A stretch of DNA of 64,000 nucleotides. It comes from Octopus vulgaris. Its lineage: Eukaryota. The position numbers and the translations under genes are program-made. The DNA lies in the NCBI GenBank assembly GCA_951406725.2, contig OX597815.1, forward strand, positions 51,708,001-51,772,000, given 5' to 3'. Shown piece after piece: positions 1 to 12,924 of the stretch (within the stretch, counting starts at the first letter, position 1; each line of letters begins with the position of its first letter). The notes beneath the pieces are model-generated. The model saw nothing but the letters and a program-made list of their open reading frames with translations. It made no database searches and was not told the origin of the DNA.

Positions 1-544
1 GTTTGAGCTGGCTTGTAAAGGTCTTGAGCACAGCCCATCCTTCTAACCATGTACATATTAAAAACTGACCTCACCCGTGCTCATACCATGTAAAAAGCAC
101 TCAATCAACTCTGCTGGTTTAATGGTGCTAAAGAGGAAATCCAGTCATAAAAACCATGCCAAAACAGAAGTCTGGTGCAGTCTTCTGCCTGGTTGGCTCC
201 TGTCAAACACTCCAACCCATGCCAGCATGGAAAGAAGATGTTAAACAATGATGATGTACTAACAATATGAAATAGACAGAAATTGAGAATAAGTATAATC
301 AACCTTCATCATTCTGTTCCGCTTGAGATCATCTATTATTCTATTATGCACAAAACAGCCTGTTTTAAACAGAGCTGTGGAATCCGAACTGGTCAGAAAA
401 AATGTAGTGACTCAGATTGAATGTAAATTGTAATATCATAAGTTAAAATTTCCAATTTCACAGATATTAATTTTGATTATTTTCTGCACTGAAAATAATC
501 AAATCAGATTTTAAATCTCCTACGAAGTAGGATCTGGTAGTTCA

Positions 545-690
545 AAGTTCAAATTCCGCAGAAGTCGACTTTGCCTTTCATCCTTTCAGGGTCAATAAAT
601 TATGTACCAGTTGTGTACTGGGGTTGATCTAATCAACTGCCTTCCACCAAAAAATTTCAGGCCTTGTATCTAGGGTAGAAAAGAATATTG
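545..690 (+). mobile_element. SINE family B fragment (tRNA-derived)
   Basis: Core gttcaaattccgcagaagtcgactttgcctttcatcctttcagggtcaataaat...gtaccag recurs more than 10 times in the window. Confidence 0.75.
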
Positions 691-867
691 TTTCTATAAA
701 TATGCTAGTAAATTTGGTTCCTTGATTTAACCCCTATTCTACAGAGGCAGTGTTTCTTTAATAAATTTTGTAAAGTAATAAACTTTTCAATCCTTTATAA
801 TTATTCTTTTATTTAAAGTAGTTTCTTGTTACATTCACTGAAATTTTATATTAAAAGATATTAAAAA

Positions 868-1086
868 ATGCATTTAAACAGGCCATATCCGGCCAAAATA
901 TGCTATCTGTTTTATGTTCAAACCAGCCAGATCCAGCCTCTCACACCTACTCTTCAATGTCATTCCAAAAATATACAATCACATCATCAAAATTTAAAAT
1001 TTCAAAAAAAATTGCATGATAAATTAAAAATAATGTTAATGGAAAAGCATTGCATTTGATAAAATAATCTGAATCCTAAAAGGTTA
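868..1086. mobile_element. Degenerate TTAA-type MITE
   Basis: Body gcatttaaacaggccatatccggccaaaat...aatctgaatcctaaaaggtta matches the copies at 12925 and 44736. Confidence 0.65.
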
Positions 1087-1116
1087 GTTTTGCAAAGGAA
1101 GGGTTCTTTCTTTTAT

Positions 1117-1487
1117 TTGTTTATTTGTTTCAGTCAGACTGTGGCCATGCAGGAGCACTGCCTTGAAAGTTTTAGTCAAAGAAATTAACTCCAGGACTTA
1201 TTTTTTAAGCCTGTTACTTATTCTATTGGTCTCTTTTTGCCAAACCGCTGAGTTACAGGGACATAAACACACCAACACCAGTTGTCAAGGGATAATAGAG
1301 ACACACACACACACATATATGTATAATGGGATTCTTTCAGTTTCTTTCTATCAAATCCACTCACATGGCTTTAGTTGGCCTAAGGTAATAGTAGAAGATA
1401 CTTGCTCAAGGTGCTATGCAGTGGGAGTGAACCCGGAACCATTTAGTTGGAAAGCAAGCTTCTCACCACACAACCACGCCTGTATCT
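1117..1487 (-). mobile_element. SINE family A (tRNA-derived, internal microsatellite)
   Basis: Reverse complement of the copies at 2754, 11706 and 20408. Confidence 0.8.
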
Positions 1488-1724
1488 AATTGCCTTTATT
1501 TCTTTTAAAATAGTCATTTATTAAGTTACTATACATGATCATTCTTTTAATTTTAACTTTGATGGATGTTTGATTTTTGAAATGGTACAGAAAAATATTC
1601 TTGATTTTATGGTTTGTTTCTTTTAAATCTCTTTCATAAAAGCAGCATTACACTTAATATTTGTAACTTCTATAATCAACAATATACAAAAAAAAAAAGG
1701 GCCACAACAGAATATTTGTAGCTT

Positions 1725-1882
1725 TTAACCCTTTCACAGCAAAATTAAATTTCATGGTTATTCCAGGACTGATGTCCTCAGTCCAAAAAAAAAAAAAAAA
1801 TTAGTATATAAAACTGCTTTCTCCAGTTAAGGGTAATGAAATTTTGAGTAGATATATCTGCTTTCTACAGTAAAAGGGTTAA
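1725..1882. mobile_element. Short TTAA-flanked MITE (piggyBac-like termini)
   Basis: ttaaccctttc...aaaagggttaa termini with TTAA at both ends. Confidence 0.5.
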
Positions 1883-2753
1883 ATCTAAACTTTAACAGGT
1901 TAGAGTGCTAAAAAGAAGTCTGATGATTCACACTGTCTATTGCATGTTTCAGTCAATATAATGATATACGATTAGATATAGAAGAGTCGGAGTCGTTATA
2001 CCATAAATGCCAGAGTCAGAGTTGATGGTTTTGTGTATCAACTCCACGGATCAGATTTTAAAGTGCTCATACTTAAATTGAAAATGTCCATCATAATTTT
2101 ATGCAAGAACCTTTTTACTAAGTTGTTCCAAACACCAATAATGTAAAAGTTATTTTACTAAGTCTCAAAATATTTCATTATCTTCTTGAAACATAGACAG
2201 TGCATTTCATTAGAGAAATGAGAATGAATGGGTTAACAATGTAAGCATCAAAAAGTGTCCCTTCCAATAAATTTCTCTCACTCTCTCTATATATATATAT
2301 CTATCTCTCTCTTACACACACAATAACATAAATGTTGTTCACAGACTTAAAAGTTCAGATTTATGGGTGAGTAGAATCAAAGTTGGTTCAACAACTATCT
2401 TGGATTTGTATCACTGTTGGCACCAGTTTCCTTACAAAGTCTTTAAAGTCTTTAAAGCCATGTCACACTATAAATCATAGAAATTCAATCACATTTTGTG
2501 GTTAATTCATATGAAGCAGGCATTTTAACTTTTCAGATCATTTATAGTTATTCATCATTGCAATCTACATGTCTGAATTATATACGTGTGTGTTTGTTTA
2601 TGTGTGTGTGCATTATTATTTAAACATGCAGATGGTATTGATGAATAACTATAAATGATCAGAATAGCTACAAAGATTGCAGTACATATATATATATGTA
2701 TATACACACACACACACACACATATACGTTAGAGATAAAACATCATTTATATA

Positions 2754-3140
2754 GGCGCAGGCGTAGCTGTTTGGTAAGAATCTTGCTTCCTAACCACATG
2801 GTTCAAGGTTTCAGTCTCACTGCAAAGCACCTTGGGCAAGTGTCTTCTACTAAATCCTCAAGCCAACCAAAGCCTTGTGATTGGATTTGGTAGATGGTAG
2901 CTGAAAGAATCCTGTTGTGTGTGTGTGTGTGCACGCACATGTGTGTGTGCACGCACATGTGCGTGCGTATTTGTGTCTGCTGGTGTGTTTATGTCCCGAT
3001 AACTTAGCGGTTCAGCAAACAGAGACTGATAGAATAAGTACCAGGCTTTAAAAATAAGTACTGGAGGTCAGTACATTCGCCTAAAAATTCTTTAAGGTGA
3101 GCCCCAGCATGGCCATAGACTAATGACTGAAATGATAAAA
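2754..3140 (+). mobile_element. SINE family A
   Basis: tRNA-like head ggcgcaggcgtagctgtttggtaag...ggtttcagtctc, internal (TG)n, 3' end gactgaaatgataaaag. Confidence 0.85.
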
Positions 3141-3698
3141 GAAGTAGAGAGAGATTAACGGACGGCTGAAGGCAATATACCGGAAGAGAACGGAGATGAT
3201 CCTTCAAACGATGATGGAGGGTGAGGAGGTAGGACCTAGGATCCTTAAAAAATATACCACGACGTCTACACATTTCTAACCTTGAACTTGTTCGCATAAA
3301 CTGTCCCGTTTGTTGTATTTTTATTTTCTCATATATTACCACTTTTTTTACATTCATTTCATGCTTTCCACATTTTCCTGCATTTTTGTTCTCCTTTCCG
3401 TCTTTCTTCCCTCTCTGGATGTCCATACTCTGTTTCCTCTGCCTGCACCCCCCTTTTTTTTGCCTCCCCCTCTCTCTGCTTCCCTTCTTTCTTTCCCTTT
3501 TCCGTTTGCCCCGTCTTTTCTGCCCCTATCGCTTACTTATCTAGTTTTTTCATACAATTATTATTTTTTTGTTTTTTTGAACATTTGTTTTTCCCCTTTT
3601 TTTCGCTATCCTTTTTTTCTATTTTTTTCATACGATAATTTTTTGTTTTTTGTTTTTTTTGTTTTTTCGAACGTTTGTTTTTTTTCCGCTATCCCATC

Positions 3699-6600
3699 AT
3701 GCCGGATCCTAGGTCCTACCTCCTCACCCTCCATCACCGTTTGAAGGATCATCTCCGTTCTCTTCCTGTATATTGCCTTCAGCCGTCCGTTAATCTCTCT
3801 CTACTTCTTTTTAAAAAACCCGCTTCTCTAGCCATGTCTCTTTCCTAAGCCGCTGCCTACATCACCAACCCATCCCTAAAGGTTTCCACCTCCACTTCCA
3901 CCCTGCTCTCCACTCGGATTCTTCCATCTTACCCATACTCCGCACCACATCTTACCGCCTTATGCGGGCCACCATTCGCTCCAATCTCTCCAAACTACAT
4001 GCCATCAACCGCCTTCTTCCTCCTGCTTTCTCCACCTTCTTCTCCTCTCTGCCGCCTCTCTATGCTCCAAACACGCTACGCTTCATTATCCATTTGAATC
4101 AACTCTTCCATCAATTTCTTTCTGATACCAAACTTCGTAAACTCCAATCACTCTTCCATTCCACCCTACCCGACGCCACTACCCCAACTCCTCCACCACC
4201 CTTCTCCCCTCCCGATAGGCTCCATCCACCCACACCTAACCCCACTGCCCCTCCCTACAACCCCTTCTCCCCTCCCGATAGGCTCCATCCACCTACACCT
4301 AACCCTACTGCCCCCCCAACCACCCCCCACACACCTCCCCAATCCCTCCCCCTCAGACCTCCACGAGACCTACCACCCCTCCTACTTCTATTCCACCCAC
4401 CCCTTCTCCACTTCCGTCTGTTGTTACCATTCCCCCCGATCTTCCCCTCTCTGCGGCTGAACGCTCCGTCCTTGGTAGGGGTCTGCGTTTCATCCCCCTC
4501 ACTCCATCCTGTAAGGAATTCCAGACGCGATTTGATGTCCACAGCTTTGTGCGCCGTGTCCGGTTGGGTGCGCATTACCACGACTCGCCACCCACACCCA
4601 ACGGAGAGGACTGCTTCACTGGCCTGGGCCGCCGACCATCCCCGTGGACGCCTGCCCCTGGCCAGATCCTAGCAGTGGATCTTTTCGCGGGTGCTTGTCA
4701 GCGTGCATTGGAGCGGTTCAACTTCTCCAGGCGCCAACGCCGCCTCAACATCTCCCCGGCTGAGCTCTTGGCTCTTCGTTCCCTCCAACGGCGCGCTGAC
4801 ATTATCATCAAACCGGCTGACAAGGGTGGAGCTGTAGTGGTGTGGCGCGCGGACCTCTATAGGGCCGAGGCTTTCCGCCAACTCAATGACACCTCCTTCT
4901 ATTCCCCCCTGCCCTCTAACCCCACACGTAGCTACCAACAGACGGTATCCTCTACTGTCCGCGACCTCATCTCGTCCTCCCGTCTCCCCCGCACCGCATC
5001 CAACCTAATTGTGCGAACCCCACGTACCCCCACCATTTACTTCCTCCCCAAAATCCACAAACCCAACAACCCTGGCCGCCCCATCGTCTCCGCCTGTAAC
5101 TGCCCCACGGAGCTCATCTCTAAATACCTCAACCGTGTCCTTGCCCCCTAGTGGCATCTCTTCCCTCCCACATCCACGATACCAACCATGCTCTCCGGCT
5201 TTTCAACTCTTTCTCCTTTCCTCCCGGCTCCTCCAAAATCCTTTTTACTATGGACATCCAAAGCCTCTATACTGTTATCCCTCACCACGAAGGACTGCAG
5301 GCCCTTCGACACTTTCTTGACCTCCGCTCTAACCCTGTACCTGACACCTCCACACTCATTCGTCTGGCCGAACTTGTCCTTACTCTGAACTGCTTCTCGT
5401 TCGCGGGCGAGTTCTACCATCAGGTCTCGGGAGTGGCCATGGGAACGCAAATGGGCCCCAACTATGCGAACCTGTTCGTTGGCTATGTTGAGGCCCAAAT
5501 ATTCTCTAATTTCACTGGTCCCACTCCTGAACTATATGGTCGTTACATTGACGACATTATCGGTGCCACCTCACTCTCCCGTGAACATCTAGATTCCTTC
5601 CTCTCTTTCGTCCAATCTTTCCATCCAGCCCTCCACTTCACTTCCACTATCTCCAACACCTCTGTCTCCTTCCTCGACATTTCGGTTAGCATTCTTCACT
5701 CCACTCTTACCACCTCCATTCACTACAAACACACAGACTCACACTCATACCTCAACTTCTCTTCCTCCCACCCAGAACACACCAAGCTTTCCATCCCCTA
5801 TTCCCAATTCCTCCGTCTACGTAGGCTCTGTAGTGACGACCATGACTTTGAGACTCAGTCTCAACGTATGGCTCACCACTTCACCCTACGTGGATACCCC
5901 CTCACCACTATCCACACCACCCTTGCCAGAGCACGGTCCGTGGACCGTGTATCTGCTCTCTCTCCCCGAACCCGCCCTGTAGTCTCCCGCCTCCCCTTTC
6001 CCCTCACTTACCACCCCACGACCCTACGTCTCCAACGCACCATTCTTCGAGCTTTCCGTCATCTCCAGTCCGACCCGTCCACTTCACACCTCTTCCCTAA
6101 CTGACCCCTCCCCTCTTTCAAACGAGCCCACGACCTTCGAGACCTTTTGGTCCATAGCTCCTTCCCTGACCCTAGCTCCCAACCCGGCTCGTTCCCCTGC
6201 TCCCGCCCACGTTGCCGCACTTGCCCTTACCTCTCCAACACCACCCTCCTCACTAGCACCCACCATCGACCCTATCCCATCATCCACTCCTTTACCTGCA
6301 CCTCCAGCAATATTATCTATTGCGTCTCTTGCTCTCTCTGCCATTCCTTGTACATCGGACAAACGGGACGCCGCTTGGCTGACCGGTTCGCGGAACACCT
6401 TCGTGACATCCACCTTGCGAACGACACACCGGTCTCACGCCATTTCCGCTCCACCGGTCACTCCTTGCAACACCTATCTGTGTTCGGTTTGTCCTTACAC
6501 AGAGGCCATCCGGATTCCCGTTTGCGCCGTGAACAGGAATTAATCTTCTCTCTTCGCTCTTATACGCCATTTGGTCTCAACTCTCCCCCCTCCTCATCTA
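3699..6600 (+). pseudogene. Disrupted PLE polyprotein: reverse transcriptase plus GIY-YIG endonuclease
   Basis: N-terminal HVSFLSRC..PIPKG; IIKPADKGGAVVVW; YFLPKIHK..PGRPIVS; GVAMGT.MGPNYANLF; RYIDD; CSRPRCRTC linker; IYC...LYIGQTGRRLADRFAEH; FGLN. Frameshifts near 3815, about 4500 and 5150; in-frame TGA at 6102. Confidence 0.93.
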
Positions 6601-6875
6601 ACCCCTCTCCCCCTCCTCACCTATCCTTCCCCCCGACCCCTACTTCTTCAGTCCTTCATCCTTTCACCCCTACTCCCCTTCCCTTCTTCCCTCTTTCTCC
6701 CTCCCTCTGCTCCCTCACTCCCCTTCTCTCTCTTTCCTCCTCCTCCCCTTCCTTCTCCCCCTCCTCTCCTCTTCCCCCTCTCCTCCCCCTCTTCTTCCCC
6801 TCCCCTTCCCCTCCCCCTCTTCTCCTCACTACACCACACAACTTTACACATCACATCATATATGATGTGCCATAC

Positions 6876-7190
6876 TAATACGTACACCAACTAATACATA
6901 CTAATACGTACTAATACATACTAATACATACTAATACATACACCAACCCTTTACATACACACGTCCAGACCCCTTATATGCACTTATACTCTCTCATACA
7001 CACACACACACACTTATACATACTAATACGTACTAATACATACTAATACATACACCAACCCCATACATACGCACGTCCAGACCTATCCTACGCACTAATA
7101 CTCTCTCATACACACACACACACACACCCTTATACATACTAATACATACACCAACCCTATACATACACACGTCCAGACCTCTCCTACGCC
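6876..7190 (+). repeat. Three imperfect tandem units (about 110-130 bp) in the PLE 3' region
   Basis: ctaatacatacaccaaccc...catacacacgtccagacc occurs three times. Confidence 0.85.
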
Positions 7191-7365
7191 TTAATAGCTG
7201 GTCATTCAACCCTATTATCCACCCTATTATCTCCCCTTATTTCGCTCTCGCGTCTCATGTTTGATCTTTGACCTCTGGCCGAAATCAGATCGCCATGTTG
7301 ATTCGTTAGTTACTGCACGCATTTTTTTTCTCTCCTTCTTTCTGTGTTTTTTTTCTCTCTGTGTA

Positions 7366-7403
7366 TCTTTCTGTTGAAGAGCGTAGGCTCGAAACGTTAA
7401 AGA
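7366..7403 (+). ncRNA. Minimal type-I hammerhead ribozyme-like motif (variant core)
   Basis: TCTTT CTGTTGA A GAGC-GTAG-GCTC GAAA CGT T AAAGA: helix I TCTTT/AAAGA, helix II GAGC/GCTC, palindromic ACGT helix III; lies at a PLE 3' end. Confidence 0.65.
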
Positions 7404-7700
7404 CTTGTTTTATTTATATTTCCTGAGCACTATACTAATACAATTGTTTGTTTGTTTTCCACCTGCCTTCGTCTTTTGTCTATTTTCATAAAGCTTCCCG
7501 TTATATATATATATATGCAGATGATTGATTGATTGATTGATTGACAGACAGACAATGATGGCTTAGCTGGTTAAAACTTCGAAGTCACTGTCAATAACAT
7601 TCTTGTATAAGAATAATAAATTTATACCCTACAAAAGTATAGAGAGACTTGTCAGGTTAATGTAAAATTGTTTTTATTACAACTGAACATAAAAACAAAC

Positions 7701-7701
<1 letters not shown>

Positions 7702-7772
<71 letters not shown>

Positions 7773-7808
7773 AAGACAGCGAGAATATATGTATGTGTGT
7801 ATGTATGA

Positions 7809-7843
<35 letters not shown>
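7702..7843. repeat. Compound microsatellite (TA)n(GA)n...(TG)n
   Basis: Direct reading. Confidence 0.95.
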
Positions 7844-7846
<3 letters not shown>

Positions 7847-7899
7847 CAAATATATTCATCGCTGGCCTCTTGCCAAAGTTTGAAATTATTATTATTATT

Positions 7900-8612
7900 A
7901 AGGCAGCAAGCTGGTAGAATCATCAGTAACCCACACAAAGTGCTTAGCAGTATTTCATCTATTTTTATGTTCCAGGTCCAAATTCTACCAAGGTAGATTT
8001 TGCCTTTCATCCTTTCAGCATCAATGAAATAAGTACCAGTTGAGCAATAGGGTTGTTATTGACTTACCCACTTTCCCAAATTTTCAGGTCTGGTATTAAT
8101 ACTTAAAGTACAAAGGATGATTATTATCATCATCATCACCATCAGAGACATGGCTTGGTTGTGTCTGACAGCTCAATAACTTTGCTAATCCACTAATAAT
8201 ATTTCCTGATTGAGGCACAAAGCCAGAAATTTTAGGGAAACAAGAGATAGTTAATACCTTCAAACCAGGAACTTGACTGGTATTTTATTTTACCATCCCT
8301 GAAAGGATAAAAAGCAAAGTTGATCTTGGTGGAATTTGAACTCAGAATGTAAAGACCTATAATGTACAGTATTATGACTGACACTCCAACAACTCTTGCC
8401 AAACAAGTACTCTAATAATAATCATTCCTATTATATGCACAAAGTCTGAAATTCAGGGTGAGGAGGGTTAATCGATTATATCAACCCCAGTGTTCAACTG
8501 GTATTTATTTCATCAACCTCCATAAGGATGAAAGGCAAAGTCAATCTCCATAGAATTTGAACTCAGAACATAAAGACACACAAAAATGTTGCTAAGCATT
8601 TTGTCCAGCTCC
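7900..8612. mobile_element. Cluster of three SINE family B copies (one +, two -)
   Basis: Core tttgcctttcatcctttc at about 8000 (+); gaaaggataaaaagcaaagt at about 8300 and ggatgaaaggcaaagtc at about 8526 (-). Confidence 0.7.
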
Positions 8613-9469
8613 CCATGATGGTGAAGATGACAATGATGATGATGATGATGTTGATGACAACAACCTTCTAACATAGGCACAATATCACAAATACAGGTGC
8701 AGAAATATGTAACAAAACATTTTTTATAACAATAAACTGATTTTGTAATGTATTAGTTCTAACACAGAAAGGTGGCAACAGATTTTAGAACAGGGCACAG
8801 TAAATTTATACCAATCCAAGACCTTCACTATTACTTATTCTATCAACCACAAAGGTACAAATGATGCAGTAGATTTTAACATGATTTGAATTCATAATCT
8901 AAATAGATATATCTAAATACTGCAAGACACAGAGTCTGAAAATCCACAGATTTTATTAATTATACCCATAATCATCTCCAACAATAACAAAAATAATAGG
9001 GATCTTAGAACTCCACCTTAGCCCAGCCTGTTTAGCAGTAAACATTTTGGAAGGGCACATATCCTAATCTAAGATTGACTTTTCTATTTCTTTCAGAGTC
9101 TCTTGGAGCTGGTCTTTTAATTAGGTTCAGAGATATAGATCATGTGAGGAACTGTTTTTTTCTTTTAGAATTTTGTAGAATATTTCATCCTTCGGCTGTT
9201 GTCTAAGTAATAGTTCAGCTTTCCTACACAATATCTAGGCAAGAAATTTTTCACAATGACTTTCCTAATTAGAACAAGTTTTCTTGCTAGAGAAAAGTTA
9301 CTTCTTGTTAATTAACTCATTGGTGCTCACTCACTCTGTGTATGAACATGCAAGTGCACACATATACATACGCACACGTGTGTATGTATGTGCATGTGTG
9401 TGTATATATATATATATGCTTATGTAGATGTGTGCACAAACACAAACATACATACATACACAAACATAT

Positions 9470-9515
<46 letters not shown>

Positions 9516-9878
9516 TCATCATCATACATATTACACATATACAATTTAATTTCAAAACAACTTTACCAAAATATAAGTTAGAAAGAAACTTCAATGCAGT
9601 TACAACAAATTAGTTTCCGTGGTTACATATTGTTTGTTGTTGCTTTTGTTACTATTCCATTTCGTGATTATTTTCCTGCTTTCCCTCCTTCTGAAACTTA
9701 GTCTTGTTACTTACTAAAACTTATACTCTGGCTCCTGATTACCCAATTATTTGTGCTGTGCATGTATATATATAAGTATATGAGTACACACACACACACA
9801 TATATATGTATACACATAAACATTAAGACACACACACATATATATATATACATACATATATATTAATCTATCTATATA

Positions 9879-9904
<26 letters not shown>

Positions 9905-9912
<8 letters not shown>

Positions 9913-10135
9913 CATGTATACATGTATATAATATATATAATATATATATATATATATAATACATGTATATAATATATATAATATATATATATATATATAA
10001 TACATGTATATAATATATATATATATATAATACATGTATATAATATATATATATAATACATGTATATAATATATATATATATATATATATAATGTATATA
10101 ATATATATAATATATATATATAATACATGTATATA

Positions 10136-10167
<32 letters not shown>

Positions 10168-10694
10168 ATACATGTATATAATATATATAATATATATAAT
10201 ACATGTATATAATATATATAATATATATATATATATATCTCTCTCTATATAAACGGCAGTTTGTCTGTGTGTGTTTCTGTGTGTCTGTTTGGTTGTACCC
10301 TCACCCTGACCACGGCTTTCAACCGATTCTGATGAAACTTGACACACACATAGCCCAATGTCATAATTCAAAACTAACGCAGCGAAAATTTTGAAAAGTT
10401 CCCCCAGTTCTGAAAAATCGATAAATTCGACATGGGGTTGAGAATCAGAAACACAAACCACAGACTGTCTAGGGGACGCAACTCGACCTTTTTTAACTCA
10501 AAAAAATTTACCATCATTTTTTTTTCATTTTTTTTGCTATTTTTTGGCTATAACTCTCTAAAAATGCTTTATAGTTATTTCCCTTACAAACCTGAGCAAC
10601 GCCGGGTGATACTGCTAGTATATAATACATGTATATAATATATATATATATATATATAATACATGTATATAATATATATATATATATATATATA

Positions 10695-10750
<56 letters not shown>
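9905..10750. repeat. TA-rich minisatellite (unit taatacatgtatataa + (TA)n), split by a Helitron
   Basis: Unit repeats on both sides of 10238-10618. Confidence 0.9.
10238..10618 (+). mobile_element. Non-autonomous Helitron
   Basis: 5' TC after A; 3' hairpin cctgagcaacgccggg shortly before terminal CTAG, followed by T; no TSD. Confidence 0.8.
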
Positions 10751-10809
10751 CACACATATATATATATAAAGAGAGAGAGATAGATAGATAATATATATGG
10801 CAATAAGAA

Positions 10810-11527
10810 AATAATAATAATAATGAAATTATTGTATACAGTGCTCAGGTGCACCACAACTTGTCAAAAGTACATATAAAGCATATGCAGTAATGTGCAA
10901 ATGTCTGAGAAGTGAACAGTGTATGAGTCAGATACATGATTGCGTGTGTATGGAGGGGAGAAAATCAGCTGCAGTGTTGGCGTATCTCAGGAAGCATGGA
11001 AGTTTTGAAGGATGCAGTGCTCCGACAACTAACAACTGATGCCGGCAGTTTGTTCCATACTTCAGCAACTCTTAGCATGAAAAAATGTTTCTGAAAGTCA
11101 TGGGAGCTGTGCTGCTTTCTGACTTTGTAAACATGTCCATGGGTGTTAGACAGGTGGAGTTTCAAAAGGTGCGCAGAGATATTGTTAGTAAGATGGTTAA
11201 TAATTTTATGGGTGTCTGCTAAGTCAGCTGCCAGATATCAGAGTTTCAATGTATCCATGCCCAGGGAAGTAAGGCATTCAGAATATGGCAAATGCCTGAT
11301 GGAGGGTATTCTCTTGGTTGCACGTCACTGAACAGTTTCCAGACAAATAATATCCTAGGCAAGATAGGGGTTCCAGACCAGTGATGCAAATTCCAGGTGA
11401 GGCCGCACCATAGCTATATAAAGTCTCAGATAATTAGCTGGAAAGCGGCTCACAAAACTTGGTAAGTGATGCCAAGACACCCTCAGCCTTCTTGGCAATT
11501 TTAGCAATGTGTTTTGTCCAACGCAAA
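10810..11527 (-). mobile_element. CR1-clade LINE, 5'-truncated 3' fragment
   Basis: LYIAMVRPHLEFAS.VWNPY and KHFF..RV..VWNKLP motifs; (ATT)n tail; homologous to 23237-23960. Confidence 0.85.
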
Positions 11528-11705
11528 TGGAGGGGATCAAGAGGTGGTATTCATCAACTTTTAGAGACTATATTGTGTCTATTTATTTATTTAAAAAAAA
11601 AACAAATATAATAATATACATACATTTATAACAGATTATGCTTTACAACTATAAAAGTACCAGTAATTATTAAAATATCAAAATAAGTGTAAACTTTTTG
11701 TTATC

Positions 11706-12108
11706 AGGTGCAGGAGTGGCTGTGTGGCAAGTAGCTTGGTTACCAACCACATGGTTCTGGGTTCAGTCCCACTGCATGGTACCTTGGGCAAGTGTCTTCT
11801 ACTATAGCCTCGGGCCAACCAAAGCCTTGTGAGTGGATTTGGTAGACAAAAACTGAAAAAAGCCCATCGTATAATATGTATATACATGTGTGTGCATGTT
11901 TGTGTCTGTGTTTGACTCCCCACAACATCGCTTCACAACCGATGGTGGTGTGTTTACTTCCTTGTAACTTAGTGGTTCGGCAAAAGAGACTGATAGAATA
12001 AGTACTAGGCTTACAAAGAATAAGTCCTGGGGTTGATTTGCTCAACTAAAAGGCGGTGTTCCAGCATGGCCACAGTCAAATGACTGAAACAAAAGGAATA
12101 AAAGGAAT
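11706..12108 (+). mobile_element. SINE family A
   Basis: Full-length match to the 20408 copy. Confidence 0.88.
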
Positions 12109-12129
12109 CTTATTTCCTGTAGTGTAGTG

Positions 12130-12860
12130 GCTTTCTAAGACATTTTTAATTCAGTGTCCTCCTCATCTACCAGTACCCCAGTACCCTTCTTGATGGTGAG
12201 TGCACCAGAGTAACCCAATGCCTTGGTCTCCACATGTGTGAACTACACAAATGTTGTTGCAGAGCGGTAGTAGACAAATTTGGCCTGCATCATTTATCTT
12301 GCTGCCTTAGTATGGACCAATTCCTCCAACATGCTGCTCTGAATGATATAACCAGAAGATGCTTTGAAACAGTTGGCTTCCCATCTCAACTTGAGCCAGC
12401 AGGTCTTGATCGCAGGAACAGTAAGCACCCCAATGGAATAACCCTCTTCCCATTCTTTAGTCTGGGACACAATGTGCAACAACATGTTCTCTGGCTCCAA
12501 CCCTGCAGGATTGGTCGCAAACCTGGGTATCACCATCCACAACACTGAGGAGAGAAAAATGTTTAAATACAAAGGCCTAACCAGCCACTATCAGTTTGTA
12601 CCAGTCGCCATTTAGCCATAAGGTACTCTTGGACCCCATACTACTGATTTCCTCCACAAAATAGGGATAACAGTGGCCCGTTGGAGAAATGAGCCCCACA
12701 AGGTGGAGTGACTGATACAGTGAGAGTCGTTACACGCAAATGCCATAGCAATGTCATTGCAGTCATTACTACAGGGCATGGCTGAGCACACCATTTATTC
12801 TAGGGTAAGGGTCCCATTGATCCCCCTTCTCCTTCTATCTTCCACTTCTTTACCCCACCC
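12130..12860 (+). mobile_element. Degraded CRE-like non-LTR retrotransposon 3' fragment (restriction-like endonuclease)
   Basis: H.LSC...H.ALNDI.RR....G.PSQLEP.GL.R...K.P.G.T resembles the CRE RHxxLND...LEPxGLxRxDGKRPDG motif. Confidence 0.65.
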
Positions 12861-12924
12861 ACACCTTTGTTTTTTTCTTTTCTTTTCCTTTCTTGTCTCT
12901 TTTCTTTTCTATTACTTTGTGTTT

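Larger units (their letters stand above)
3137..7501 (+). mobile_element. Penelope-like element (probably Neptune-type), near full length
   Basis: RT plus GIY-YIG ORF, 5' inverted segment, 3' tandem repeats and hammerhead-like motif, ends in (TA)n; CpG-rich, so probably young. Confidence 0.92.

Noticed and set aside
3004-3426. 140-aa minus-strand ORF sharing DPRSYLLTLHHRLKDHL with the PLE N-terminus
   Set aside because: A by-product of the 5' inversion plus SINE sequence.
6571-6894. Pro/Ser/Leu-rich and Gly/Arg/Glu-rich ORFs
   Set aside because: Low-complexity polypyrimidine tract of the PLE 3' region.
6876-7190. Repeat-spacer-like pattern resembling a CRISPR array
   Set aside because: Eukaryotic context, units are tandem and spacers are not unique, no cas genes.
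9317-10857. Many YI/HT/CV-rich ORFs in the ORF track
   Set aside because: They are translations of (TA)n, (CA)n and the minisatellite, not genes; the same applies at 7652, 53411 and 61960-63245.
11706-11780. tRNA-like sequence at SINE heads
   Set aside because: A/B-box-like heads continue into SINE bodies and do not form a full cloverleaf, so they are not tRNA genes.
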